A DNA stretch of 64,000 nucleotides from an uncultured Prevotella sp. (GTDB taxonomy: Bacteria; Bacteroidota; Bacteroidia; Bacteroidales; Bacteroidaceae), in the NCBI GenBank assembly GCA_947302435.1, contig CAMYVQ010000001.1, positions 38,051 through 102,050 on the forward strand, in the 5' to 3' direction. The notes beneath the pieces were generated by a model, which did not search any database, was not told the origin of the DNA, and was given only the letters and a program-made list of their open reading frames with translations. This document shows, piece by piece, positions 18,565-28,482 of this stretch (within the stretch, counting starts at the first letter, position 1; the number at the start of each line of letters is the position of its first letter). The position numbers and the translations under genes were made by a program.

Positions 18565-20604
18565 ATGAATTTTAAGCTTATTGCATGCTCTATGGCATTT
18601 TCGGCCACGCTGTCTGCCCAAGCGCAGCGCGTGATGGATGTTGATACGAAGGCGATGGGTGCCCCAGTTTCTCCAACCATGTACGGCCTGTTCTTTGAGG
18701 ACATTAACTATGCAGCCGATGGTGGCCTCTATGCTGAACTGGTGAAGAACCGTTCGTTTGAGTTCCCCAATCCGTTCACAGGATGGGACATCTCGGGCAA
18801 GGTGACTCTGAAGGATGATGGCCCCTTCGACAAGAATCCCCACTATGTGCGTCTGGCTCCTTCCGGCCATAGCGACAAGCACACCATGATTGAGAACCAC
18901 GGATTCTTCGGCATCGGTGTAAAGGCTGGTGAGGAATACCGTTTCTCGGTATGGGCGCGTGTGCCCGATGGCGGCAACGCCAAACTGTATGTCGACCTTG
19001 TGGACAATGCCACGATGAGCGACGACCAGAAGATTGGCAACGCCGGCTTGGACGTGAGCGGCAAGGATTGGAAGAAATATACGGTAATCATCAAGCCTAA
19101 TAAGTCGTTTGCCAAGGCGCATCTTCGTGTATGGGGCGATAGCAAGAAGACTACCGACTTGGAACATGTGAGCCTCTTCCCCGTGAAGACCTACAAAGGA
19201 CGTGAGAACGGCCTGCGTCAGGATCTTGCACAGGCATTGGAGGATGTTCATCCCGGTGTGTTCCGCTTCCCCGGCGGCTGCATTGTCGAGGGTACGGATC
19301 TGGCTACCCGTTACCAGTGGAAAAACACTGTAGGCCCCGTGGAAAACCGTCCGCTTAACGAGAACCGCTGGCACTACACGTTCACTTACCGCTATTTTCC
19401 CGACTATTTCCAGACCTACGGACTTGGATTCTTCGAGTTCTTCCAGCTCTGCGAAGACATCAAGTGCGAACCACTGCCTGTGTTGAGTGTGGGTCTGTCG
19501 TGCCAGTTCCAGAACCATAAGGAGAGCGACCATGTCGCCATGGACGAGCTGCAGCCCTATATCGACGACTGCCTCGATCTGATTGAGTTTGCCAATGGCC
19601 CTGTCGACTCCAAGTGGGGTAAGGTGCGTGCTGACATGGGGCATCCCGAACCCTTCAACATGAAGTATATCGGTATCGGCAACGAGCAGTGGGACACTCC
19701 CTATTTCGAGCGTCTGAAGCCTTTTGTAAAGGCTGTACGCGAGAAATATCCCAACATTAAGATTGTAGGCACCAGCGGTCCTGACTCTGAGGGTGACATG
19801 TTTAAAAAAGGATGGGTAGCCATGAAGGAGCAGAAGGCCGATCTCGTCGACGAGCACTTCTATCGTCCTGAGGCATGGTTCCTCGGTACGGGTGACCGTA
19901 CAAAGTGGCCCAACTGTGGTGCATTGCGCTACGATAGCTACGACCGCAAGGGGCCGAAAGTGTTTGCCGGCGAATATGCCTGCCACGGAGCTGGTAAGAA
20001 GTGGAACCACTACGAGACTTCACTCTACGAGGCTGCCTTCATGACGGGCATCGAGCGTAATGCCGACATCGTGGAGATGGCAACCTACGCTCCACTTTTC
20101 GCACATGTCGAGGGTTGGCAGTGGCGGCCCGACATGATCTGGTACGACAACACCCGTATGTTCAAGTCGGTGAGCTACTATGTGCAGCAGATGTTTGCCA
20201 TGAACAAGGGCACCAACGTGCTGAAGCTCACCACCGCCGATCCCGCTGACAAGAAGGGCAAGAAGCGCGTGCCTGTGGCCGGACAGGAAGGCATGGACGG
20301 ATTGTTTGCCTCTTCCGTCTTCGACAAGGAGGCTGGACAGGTCATCATCAAGGTCGTCAACACCTCGAAGCAGGCCCAGCCTGTCAGCATCAACCTGACT
20401 GGCATGACGGGCGTGCGAACGGCTGAGACACTCACCCTGCAACATAATGGTTCGATGGACGATGAAAACACGCTCGACCAGCCTACAAAGATCAAGCCTG
20501 TCAGTGGCAGCGTGAACTGCGAGACCACTGGCAAGAAAGAGCAGACGGTGCTCAACGACAACGTGCCTGCCATGTCGTTCCGTATGTACAAGGTGAAGAA
20601 GTAA
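18565..20604 (+). CDS. Alpha-L-arabinofuranosidase (GH51)
   Basis: YGLFFEDINYAADGGLYAE, RFPGGCIVEG, IGIGNEQW, VFAGEYA. Confidence 0.95.
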   Translation: MNFKLIACSMAFSATLSAQAQRVMDVDTKAMGAPVSPTMYGLFFEDINYAADGGLYAELVKNRSFEFPNPFTGWDISGKVTLKDDGPFDKNPHYVRLAPSGHSDKHTMIENHGFFGIGVKAGEEYRFSVWARVPDGGNAKLYVDLVDNATMSDDQKIGNAGLDVSGKDWKKYTVIIKPNKSFAKAHLRVWGDSKKTTDLEHVSLFPVKTYKGRENGLRQDLAQALEDVHPGVFRFPGGCIVEGTDLATRYQWKNTVGPVENRPLNENRWHYTFTYRYFPDYFQTYGLGFFEFFQLCEDIKCEPLPVLSVGLSCQFQNHKESDHVAMDELQPYIDDCLDLIEFANGPVDSKWGKVRADMGHPEPFNMKYIGIGNEQWDTPYFERLKPFVKAVREKYPNIKIVGTSGPDSEGDMFKKGWVAMKEQKADLVDEHFYRPEAWFLGTGDRTKWPNCGALRYDSYDRKGPKVFAGEYACHGAGKKWNHYETSLYEAAFMTGIERNADIVEMATYAPLFAHVEGWQWRPDMIWYDNTRMFKSVSYYVQQMFAMNKGTNVLKLTTADPADKKGKKRVPVAGQEGMDGLFASSVFDKEAGQVIIKVVNTSKQAQPVSINLTGMTGVRTAETLTLQHNGSMDDENTLDQPTKIKPVSGSVNCETTGKKEQTVLNDNVPAMSFRMYKVKK

Positions 20605-20652
20605 AAGGCGTTTTAGTGCTCACAATGCGCTTGCAATGTAGGCATATAAGGG

Positions 20653-20691
20653 AAAAAACTGTCAATCAATGCTTGATTGACAGTTTTTTTT
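20653..20691 (+). terminator. Intrinsic terminator after the GH51 gene
   Basis: AAAAAACTGTCAATCAA-TGC-TTGATTGACAGTTTTTTT. Confidence 0.8.
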
Positions 20692-20729
20692 ACTAATTTT
20701 GCATCCAAATACGCTAAAAGCAAGAGGAT

Positions 20730-21686
20730 ATGGCAGTTGCAAATATTGTCAGTAAGGACAGTGAGGCCCGGCAGTTCTCCTTCGAGGTGCTGCCCCCACT
20801 GAAGGGAACAGGCACCGAGCGGCTGTTTGCCGACATCGAAAAACTGTGCGAGCTGAACCCGGCATTCATCAATATCACTACCCACCATTCGGAGTATGTA
20901 TATAAGGAGGTAGGCGAAGGGCGCTTCGAGCGGCAGCGCGTGCGTCGCCGTCCCGGTACGATAGCTGTGGCCGCAGCCATACAGCAACGTTTCGGAGTAA
21001 CCGTTCAGCCACATATTATCTGTAGTGGTGTGACGGTGGAGGATATTGAATACGAACTGCTCGACTTGCAGTTCCTTGGCATCACTGACCTGCTCCTGCT
21101 GCGCGGCGACAAGGCAAAAGACGACAGTACTTTCCAACCGACACCGGGCGGACATGCCCATACAACGGATCTGATCCGTCAGGTGCAGCGTTTCAATGAA
21201 GGATTCTTTGCCGACGGTACACCAATCAAGAACCCCGGACCGAAGTTTGACATTGGTGTGGCCTGCTATCCTGAGAAGCATGAGGAGGCTCCCAATCTGG
21301 AGCGCGATATGGAATACCTGCGCCAGAAACAGGAGTTGGGTGCCCAGTATGCCGTGACGCAGCTTTTCTATGACAACGAGAAATATTTCCGTTTTGTGGA
21401 GAAGGCACGGCAGATGGGGATTACCCTTCCCATCATTCCCGGCATCAAGCCGTTGGCCAAGTTAAGCCAGTTGACAGTGGTACCCAGGACGTTCCACTGT
21501 GATATTCCCGAGCCGTTGGCACGCGAAATCGTGAAGTGCAAGACCGACGAGGATGCCCGGCGGTTGGGTATAGAATGGACCATCGCACAGTGTCGAGAGC
21601 TTTATCAGCATGGTATCAGTGATATACATTTCTATACCATGGGTGCTGTCGATTCAGTGGTGGAGATAGTGCGTAGCCTAAGATAA
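20730..21686 (+). CDS. metF: Methylenetetrahydrofolate reductase
   Basis: FSFEVLPP, LLLRGD, GVACYPEKH.EA, AVTQLFYD, IHFYTM. Confidence 0.95.
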   Translation: MAVANIVSKDSEARQFSFEVLPPLKGTGTERLFADIEKLCELNPAFINITTHHSEYVYKEVGEGRFERQRVRRRPGTIAVAAAIQQRFGVTVQPHIICSGVTVEDIEYELLDLQFLGITDLLLLRGDKAKDDSTFQPTPGGHAHTTDLIRQVQRFNEGFFADGTPIKNPGPKFDIGVACYPEKHEEAPNLERDMEYLRQKQELGAQYAVTQLFYDNEKYFRFVEKARQMGITLPIIPGIKPLAKLSQLTVVPRTFHCDIPEPLAREIVKCKTDEDARRLGIEWTIAQCRELYQHGISDIHFYTMGAVDSVVEIVRSLR

Positions 21687-22798
21687 TGACATTCAACGAG
21701 GTAATAGGACAGAAGGAGGTGAAAGAACGCCTTATGCAGATGGTCAGCGAAGGCCGTCTGCCCCATGCCATCATGCTCTGCGGACCGCAAGGCGTTGGCA
21801 AGAAGGCGTTGGCCACGGCCTTTGCCTGCTACCTGTTGGGAAAATCTCACAATGTGGAGGTGATGCTGCAGAAGCTTGAACACCCCGACCTGCATTTCAC
21901 CTTCCCCACCATCAAACTGCCGTCGATGGGGTCAGAGCATATACCAGTTTCCGACGACTTTATCAAGGAGTGGCGCGAATTGATGCTGCAAAGCCCGTAC
22001 TTCTCGATGGACGAGTGGATGACGGCTATTGGGGCTGAAAACCAGCAGGCCATCATCACGGCGGGCGAGAGCGACGAACTGGTGAGAAAACTGTCACTGA
22101 AGTCGAGTCAGGGGGGCTATAAGGTCAGTGTTGTCTGGCTGCCCGAACGAATGAATATTGCCTGTGCCAACAAATTGCTGAAGCTCATTGAGGAGCCGCC
22201 ACAGCAGACCGTCTTCATCATGGTGTGCGAGGAACCCGACAAGCTGTTGGATACCATCCGCAGCCGTGTGCAGCGCATCGACGTGAAGAAGGTGGAGACC
22301 GGCGCGATTCAGCAGGCATTGGTGGAACGTCGCGGTGTCAGCGAGGAGCCTGCCCGGCGCATTGCCAGGCTTGCTAACGGAAGTTGGCAGAAAGCCTTGG
22401 AGGAACTGCAGGTAGGTTCGGAGAACGAGCAGTTCTTAGAGCTTTTCATCTCACTGATGCGTCTGGCCTACCAGCGCAAGGTGAAAGACCTGCGCAAGTG
22501 GAGCGAGACTTTGGCCTCTTTCGGGCGTGAGAAGCAGAAGCGCTTCTTGGAGTTCTTCCTTCGCATGGTGCGCGAGAACTTCATGTACAACTTCCAACAG
22601 GCCGACCTGTGCTATATGACGCAGAAGGAAGAGGACTTTGCCCACAACTTTGCACGCTTCATCAACGAGGCCAATGTGCTGGCCATCTACGATCTGGCAA
22701 ACCGTTCCATCCGCGACATTGGGCAAAACGCCAATGCGAAGATCTTGTTCTTCGACTTCGCCCTGCAAATGATTGTATTGCTGATTAAAGTCCCCTAA
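21686..22798 (+). CDS. holB: DNA polymerase III subunit delta'
   Basis: RLPHA..CGPQGVGK, HPDLHF, ANKLLKLIEEPP, TIRSR. Confidence 0.93.
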   Translation: MTFNEVIGQKEVKERLMQMVSEGRLPHAIMLCGPQGVGKKALATAFACYLLGKSHNVEVMLQKLEHPDLHFTFPTIKLPSMGSEHIPVSDDFIKEWRELMLQSPYFSMDEWMTAIGAENQQAIITAGESDELVRKLSLKSSQGGYKVSVVWLPERMNIACANKLLKLIEEPPQQTVFIMVCEEPDKLLDTIRSRVQRIDVKKVETGAIQQALVERRGVSEEPARRIARLANGSWQKALEELQVGSENEQFLELFISLMRLAYQRKVKDLRKWSETLASFGREKQKRFLEFFLRMVRENFMYNFQQADLCYMTQKEEDFAHNFARFINEANVLAIYDLANRSIRDIGQNANAKILFFDFALQMIVLLIKVP

Positions 22799-22898
22799 GT
22801 TAGGGGGTGGGGGTCTGAACAAGCGCAGATTTCCATTAAAATATAAATGTATATGTCTGATATTCGCTTGTTCAGACCCCAACCCCTAACTTAGGGGG
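22792..22898. repeat. MITE-like element with about 34-bp terminal inverted repeats
   Basis: CCCCTAAGTTAGGGGGTGGGGGTCTGAACAAGCG .. CGCTTGTTCAGACCCCAACCCCTAACTTAGGGGG around an AT-rich core; contains the holB stop. Confidence 0.8.
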
Positions 22899-22910
22899 CT
22901 AAGAGACAAA

Positions 22911-24200
22911 ATGGAACAACAACAGAAAACCTATGAGATACGTACTGGCTGCGACCGTGGTCTTTGCCGTGCCGCCATTGGCAGGCAGGATCGTCAGTTG
23001 AATACCTACGACTGGCTGGCCGATGTGCCGGGCAACGCTGAGTCGACCGACTTGGTGGAGGTGCAGTTCAAGCACACGCGCAAGGGCTACTATCACAATG
23101 TGAACAACTTGCCTTTGAAGAAGGGCGACATCGTGGCTGTCGAAGCCAGTCCCGGTCACGACATCGGTGTGGTGACACTGACGGGGCGTTTGGTGAAATT
23201 GCAGATCAAGAAAGCCAACCTGAAGTCGGCTGACGACATCAAGCGCATCTACCGCATTGCCCGTCAAATAGATATGGACAAATATCGCGAGGCAAAGGCA
23301 CGTGAGCATGAGACGATGATTGAGAGCCGTGAGATTGCCAAGCGGTTAGGATTGGATATGAAGATTGGCGACGTGGAGTATCAGGGCGATGGCAATAAGG
23401 CGATTTTCTATTATATTGCCGACGAGCGAGTGGACTTCCGTCAGTTGATCAAGGACTTGGCCGCCGCCTTCCATGTGCGAATTGAAATGAAGCAGATTGG
23501 CGCACGTCAGGAAGCCGGCCGTATCGGTGGAGCCGGTCCTTGTGGCCGCGAACTGTGCTGTGCCACATGGATGAAGAACTTTGTATCCGTCTCTACGGGT
23601 GCAGCCCGTTATCAGGACATCTCGCTGAATCCTCAGAAGTTGGCAGGCATGTGTGCCAAGCTGAAGTGCTGTCTGAACTATGAGGTCGACGACTATATCG
23701 AGGCCGGCAAGCGCCTGCCCAATCGCGAAATCGTCTTGCAGACCCTCGATTCTGACTATTATTTCTTCAAGAGCGACATTTTGGCTGGTCTTGTCACCTA
23801 TAGTACAGACAAACGCATGGCCGCTAATCTGGAGACCATCACCGCCGAGCGTGCCAAGGAAATCATTGAGATGAACCGTAAGGGTGAAAAGCCCGAATCG
23901 CTTCAGGGCGAGAACCAGAGCAAGGAACAGGATGGCCCCATCGACTTGTTGGCAGGCGACAGCATCACCCGCTTCGATAAGGCCAAGAAGAAAAAGAAGA
24001 AAAAGGTTCCGCATGCCCAAGAGGGACAGACAAGAAACGATAACGCTAACGTCAACGCTAATGTCAACGTCAACGCTAACGTTAACGATAACGCTAACCA
24101 AAACCGGAACGCTAACGGGAATCATGACGGTCAGCCCCGAAAGAAGAAGAGAAAGCCCCAGGAACCAAGGCCCAAGAAGGATGAACCAAAGGAAGCATAG
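22911..24200 (+). CDS. ricT: PSP1-domain / RicT (YaaT) family protein
   Basis: RVDFRQL, RIEMKQIGARQEA..GG.GPCGRELCC, KLAG.CAKLKCCLNYE. Confidence 0.9.
   Translation: MEQQQKTYEIRTGCDRGLCRAAIGRQDRQLNTYDWLADVPGNAESTDLVEVQFKHTRKGYYHNVNNLPLKKGDIVAVEASPGHDIGVVTLTGRLVKLQIKKANLKSADDIKRIYRIARQIDMDKYREAKAREHETMIESREIAKRLGLDMKIGDVEYQGDGNKAIFYYIADERVDFRQLIKDLAAAFHVRIEMKQIGARQEAGRIGGAGPCGRELCCATWMKNFVSVSTGAARYQDISLNPQKLAGMCAKLKCCLNYEVDDYIEAGKRLPNREIVLQTLDSDYYFFKSDILAGLVTYSTDKRMAANLETITAERAKEIIEMNRKGEKPESLQGENQSKEQDGPIDLLAGDSITRFDKAKKKKKKKVPHAQEGQTRNDNANVNANVNVNANVNDNANQNRNANGNHDGQPRKKKRKPQEPRPKKDEPKEA
24037..24116 (+). repeat. Hexamer tandem repeat (AACGYN-like) encoding an NV/NA/ND tail
   Basis: aacgataacgctaacgtcaacgctaatgtcaacgtcaacgctaacgttaacgataacgct. 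Confidence 0.8.
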
Positions 24201-24663
24201 TCTTTTCCTGACACTGATAGGCCTTACGGTTGCACTGATGTTTGGCAGTTGCAACCGTAAGGCCGTTTACAGTCACTTTGCACATACCACAATCGATGGA
24301 TGGGGGTGGGGGCAGACCGATTCGCTCTTCTTCGATGTGCCGCCAGTCCCCGAGGATGGGGTCTATGCCCCCACGGTGGGGATGCGCTGCAATTCGTCCT
24401 ATCCGTTTCGGGAGTTGGTGCTGATCGTCGGGCAGCAGATATGCCCCCGAAACGTACAATGGGAAGACACCATTAGTTTCCTGTTGGCCGATGATGATGG
24501 AAACTACTTGGGGCAGGGCATCAATTATTTTCAGTATTCCCTGTCGTTGCCCGATCTCTATTTGGATAAAAATGATTCGCTTCATGTGACCATCAGCCAT
24601 TTCATGAAGCGTGAGAACCTGCCCGGCATTGCCGATATTGGTTTTACGTTGGAACGGAAATAA
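24181..24663 (+). CDS. gldH: GldH family lipoprotein
   Basis: Lipobox FGSC, GW..DSL.F, R..SYPF..L.L, H.M..LPGI.DIG; follows ricT. Confidence 0.8.
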   Translation: MNQRKHSLFLTLIGLTVALMFGSCNRKAVYSHFAHTTIDGWGWGQTDSLFFDVPPVPEDGVYAPTVGMRCNSSYPFRELVLIVGQQICPRNVQWEDTISFLLADDDGNYLGQGINYFQYSLSLPDLYLDKNDSLHVTISHFMKRENLPGIADIGFTLERK

Positions 24664-24680
24664 GTCGTTTCGTCTTTCTG

Positions 24681-26159
24681 TCAAGCCTTCTTCATGTTGC
24701 GTCCGGCATCGATGCGTAGGAAGATGAAGAGCAGAAAGGTGAAGCCCCAAAGCGACGAACCGCCGTAGGAGAAGAATGGCAGCGGAATGCCAATGACAGG
24801 TGTAAGGCCTAATACCATTCCCACATTGATGAAGACATGGAACAGGAAGACCGATAGGACGCAATAGCCGTAGACGCGCCCGAAACTGCTCACTTGCCGT
24901 TCGGCCAAATGGATAAGCCGTAGGATGAGTGACAAGAACAGCAACAGCACCGTTGTCGCTCCAATGAATCCCTCCTCCTCGCCTACGGTACAGAAGATGA
25001 AGTCGGTATCCTGTTCGGGCACGTACTTCAGTTTGGTCTGCGTGCCGTTCAGGAACCCTTTTCCTTCCAAGCCGCCCGAACCTATGGCTATCTCGCTCTG
25101 ATGCACGTTGTAGCCTGCTCCGCGCAAATCCTCCTCAAGTCCTAACAGTACGTTGATACGGGTGCGCTGATGCACTTCAAGAATATTGTTGAGGGCATAG
25201 TCGGCTGTGTTGAAGAAAATGAGCGAACCCAGTGTGAAAAGGGCAATCCAATAATAGTTGCGGATGCGCGATTGTAGCGCCTCCCACAACAGATAGCCGA
25301 TAAGGATGGCCGACATGCTGACCTGCACCCAGAACATATCGAAAGGAATGACATAGACCGAGAAGGCCAGGCAAATCAGTGTGACGGCAAGACAGCTGAC
25401 GAGAATCTGCATCGCCTTTTCCTCCTGACGGCAGAAGACCCAGACCATGGCCGACGTGAAGACCTGAATGAGTAACAGTACAGTGAATTTGCCCACTGAG
25501 GTGGGTGTCTGGAACAACATGACATCGGCATAGCTGATGCCCACCACAAAATAGAGCACCATGGCAACACCTGTGAAAAGCACACTGCCCGTCATTCCCT
25601 CGCGGTAGAGCATGAGGAAGAAGCAGAGGTAGACCAGTGCCGATCCCGTCTCGCGCTGCATGACGATGAAGAGCATCGGTGTAAAGATGAGGGCCAACGT
25701 CACCACAAAGTCCTTCCACTTGTGGATGTCGTAACCGTAACGGCCCATGAATTTTGCCAATGCCAATGAGGTGGCAAACTTGGCAAACTCGGCAGGCTGT
25801 AGTCGGAGAGGCCCCAACACGAGCCACGACCGGGAGCCTTTGATGGTATGGGGGTTGAAGATGGTGGCAAAGAGGAGCAGAAGCAACAGGCCGAAGAGCA
25901 CGTAGGCCAAGGTTTCATAAAGGCTGTCGTCGATGAGCAACAGGATGAGGGCGAGGAACAGCGACGTGCCAATCCAGACAATCTGCATGCCCGAACGCGA
26001 AGAGAGCGAAAACAAATCCGTGTCGCCATACGTGTAGCTCGCACCGCACACACTGAGCCATCCGAATGTGAGCAGGGCTATATAGATGCCGATTGTCCAC
26101 CAGTCGAGCGACTGCAGTACGCCGCGCTCTTTGTCGTTTCTACCTAATGTCAGAGCCAT
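24681..26159 (-). CDS. rodA: Rod shape-determining protein RodA
   Basis: GSRSW..LQPAEFAK, QSEIAIGSGG..GKGF, PEQDTDFIF, GIPLPFFSYGGSS. Confidence 0.96.
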   Translation of the reverse strand: MALTLGRNDKERGVLQSLDWWTIGIYIALLTFGWLSVCGASYTYGDTDLFSLSSRSGMQIVWIGTSLFLALILLLIDDSLYETLAYVLFGLLLLLLFATIFNPHTIKGSRSWLVLGPLRLQPAEFAKFATSLALAKFMGRYGYDIHKWKDFVVTLALIFTPMLFIVMQRETGSALVYLCFFLMLYREGMTGSVLFTGVAMVLYFVVGISYADVMLFQTPTSVGKFTVLLLIQVFTSAMVWVFCRQEEKAMQILVSCLAVTLICLAFSVYVIPFDMFWVQVSMSAILIGYLLWEALQSRIRNYYWIALFTLGSLIFFNTADYALNNILEVHQRTRINVLLGLEEDLRGAGYNVHQSEIAIGSGGLEGKGFLNGTQTKLKYVPEQDTDFIFCTVGEEEGFIGATTVLLLFLSLILRLIHLAERQVSSFGRVYGYCVLSVFLFHVFINVGMVLGLTPVIGIPLPFFSYGGSSLWGFTFLLFIFLRIDAGRNMKKA

Positions 26160-27987
26160 AGTTTATACGTTTTTCTTGAATGGCCTTTGCCTTTGCCTCG
26201 GAAGCCTCGGAAAGACTGCCGTGCAGATACTGTTCCATGAGCAGGCCGCCAATGGGCACGCCGTAGGTGGCACCCCATCCGCCGTTCTCCACATAGACGG
26301 CAATGGCTATCTTCGGGTCGTTCATCGGGGCAAAGCCCATGAACACCGAGTGGTCGTGGCCGCGGTTCTGGGCCGTACCCGTCTTGCCGCAGGCCTCAAA
26401 GTCATAGCGTGCCAGTTCATGGCAGGTGCCGCCGAGGGCGGAGGCACGCATGCCCTGCACCACGTACTTGTAGGCCGTGCTGTCGGCCATGGTATAGTGT
26501 CGCTTGGTGTAAAGGGTGTCGAGCGTTTCGCCCTCCACCTTCTTCACCACGTGGGGAGTGATGTAATAGCCACGGTTGGCAATGGTGGCTCCAAGGTTGG
26601 CAATCTGCAGGGGCGTGAGGTTGACCTCACCTTGTCCGATGGCGATAGAGATAATCGTCAGTGCATTCCATGAACCTTTGTATGCCTTGTCGTAGAACTG
26701 TGCGTTGGGAATGAGGCCGCGCTTCTCGCCAGGCAGGTCGATGCCCAGACGGTAGCCGAAGCCCATGGATACCATATAGTCGCGCCAGATGTTCATGGCG
26801 TTCTGCACCGACCCGTATTTCCGGTTGCCGATCATGTAGTAGAGTCCCCAACAGAAGAAACCGTTGCATGAGGTGCTGAGTGCCGGCACCAATGGCAGTG
26901 GGGAACTGTGGCCGTGGCAGCCTACGCGGAGGCCCTTGAACACGAAACCGTGATAGCAGGGGTAGGGGGTCTGGGGAGTGATGATGCCCTCGCTGAGGAA
27001 CATCAGTCCCTGTGAGGTCTTGAACGTGGAACCGGGAGGGTACTGTCCCATGATGCTGCGGTTGAGCAATGGTTTCCAGATGTCACGGCTCAGTTCGCGG
27101 TGGCTCTTGGAACGCTTTCGGCCCACCATCATGCGAGGGTCGTAGGTAGGCGAACTCACCATGCAGAGCACCTCGCCCGTCTTGGGTTCGATGGCCACGA
27201 TACTGCCAATCTTTCCCTCCATGAGCCGTTCGCCAAGTGCCTGCACTTTGTAGTCGATGCCCAGCGTGAGGTTCTTGCCTGGTATGGGGCGGCGGTCGAG
27301 TTCGCCGTTTTTGTAGCTGCCCTTGATGCGTCCGTGGGCATCGCGTAGCAGAATCTGAACGCCCTTCTCGCCGCGCAACTGCTTCTCGTAGCTTCGCTCC
27401 ACCCCCAACTTGCCGATATAGTCGCCCGGCTGGTAATAGTCGTCGGCTTCGATGTCGGAAGGCGACACCTCGGCCACGTCGCCTAATACATGGGCCGCAT
27501 ACGGATATTGGTACTGCCGGATGCTGCGCCGCTGGATGTAGAAGCCGGGGAAGCGGTACATCTTCTCTTGGAACACACTGAAGTCCTTGTCGCTCAGCTG
27601 GCTCATGAACATCTGTTGCGTGAAGCGCGAATAGCCGGGGTTGCGCGAACGGTCCTTGATGGTCTCCATGCGTGCGATGAACTCCTCCTTGGTGAGGTCG
27701 AGGGTCTGGCAGAACTCGAGGGTGTCCAGATGGTCCTGGGCCTCGTTCATGACCACCATGATGTCGTAGGCCGGCTGGTTAAAGACGAGCAGTTCCTCGT
27801 TGCGGTCGCGGATGATGCCACGTGAGGGGTATTCCACTTTCTTCAGGAAGGCGTTCGAGTCGGCGTTCTTCTTATAGTCGTCACTCATCAGCTGGAGCGT
27901 AAACAGGCGGATGGTATAGACCGTCACAATGAGCACGGCTATACCACCTATCACATATTTCCTGTATTCCAGTCCGTAGTCCTTCAC
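26140..27987 (-). CDS. mrdA: Penicillin-binding protein 2
   Basis: RG.IRDRN, YPPGSTFK (SxxK), SCN, GKTGTAQ. Confidence 0.96.
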   Translation of the reverse strand: MKDYGLEYRKYVIGGIAVLIVTVYTIRLFTLQLMSDDYKKNADSNAFLKKVEYPSRGIIRDRNEELLVFNQPAYDIMVVMNEAQDHLDTLEFCQTLDLTKEEFIARMETIKDRSRNPGYSRFTQQMFMSQLSDKDFSVFQEKMYRFPGFYIQRRSIRQYQYPYAAHVLGDVAEVSPSDIEADDYYQPGDYIGKLGVERSYEKQLRGEKGVQILLRDAHGRIKGSYKNGELDRRPIPGKNLTLGIDYKVQALGERLMEGKIGSIVAIEPKTGEVLCMVSSPTYDPRMMVGRKRSKSHRELSRDIWKPLLNRSIMGQYPPGSTFKTSQGLMFLSEGIITPQTPYPCYHGFVFKGLRVGCHGHSSPLPLVPALSTSCNGFFCWGLYYMIGNRKYGSVQNAMNIWRDYMVSMGFGYRLGIDLPGEKRGLIPNAQFYDKAYKGSWNALTIISIAIGQGEVNLTPLQIANLGATIANRGYYITPHVVKKVEGETLDTLYTKRHYTMADSTAYKYVVQGMRASALGGTCHELARYDFEACGKTGTAQNRGHDHSVFMGFAPMNDPKIAIAVYVENGGWGATYGVPIGGLLMEQYLHGSLSEASEAKAKAIQEKRINYGSDIR

Positions 27988-28481
27988 TTCCTGATACTTT
28001 CAAGGGTTATGATGAGCAGAAGAGTGAGCAGCAGACTGCCACCGATGCATTGCAGCCATTGTAACCAGTTGAAGAAGGTGAAGGCCTCGAGAGTGAAGAA
28101 GGTGATGCAGAAGATGGCGGTGAGGGTGAAAGCGAAAAACACAAACTTGTTTGTGCCCAGCGTGCGGAGTGAGGGCTTGAGGTTCTCGTCGGCTTCGCGG
28201 GGGAGGCACAATTCCAGTACGAGCGGTTGCAAGGCACCGATGAGTGTGAGCGATGCACTGCCGATGCCGGGCGTATTGGAGAACATGTCGATGCTGAGAC
28301 CCATGGCAAAGCTCCAGAGCAGCACCCCCCATTTGGGATAGTTACGGGGGAAGAGGATGACGAAATAGACATAGAGAAGCGGCATGGCGCATCCAAAGAG
28401 TAGGATGCGGTTGAGTATCAATGCCTGAACCAGAACGAACAGGCAGAACTGCAAAAATCGTTTCAGTAAGTCGATGGTCAT
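27984..28481 (-). CDS. mreD: Rod shape-determining protein MreD
   Basis: Hydrophobic 165 aa, GL.IDMFSNTPG, lies between mreC and mrdA. Confidence 0.9.
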   Translation of the reverse strand: MTIDLLKRFLQFCLFVLVQALILNRILLFGCAMPLLYVYFVILFPRNYPKWGVLLWSFAMGLSIDMFSNTPGIGSASLTLIGALQPLVLELCLPREADENLKPSLRTLGTNKFVFFAFTLTAIFCITFFTLEAFTFFNWLQWLQCIGGSLLLTLLLIITLESIRK

Positions 28482-28482
28482 T

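Noticed and set aside
20605-20729. SAM riboswitch upstream of metF
   Set aside because: The -7 box lies only about 30 nt before the start codon, and the hairpin is better explained as the GH51 terminator
24181-24663. Gliding motility system implied by gldH
   Set aside because: gldH beside ricT is usual in non-gliding Bacteroidales, and no other gld/spr motility genes are in the window
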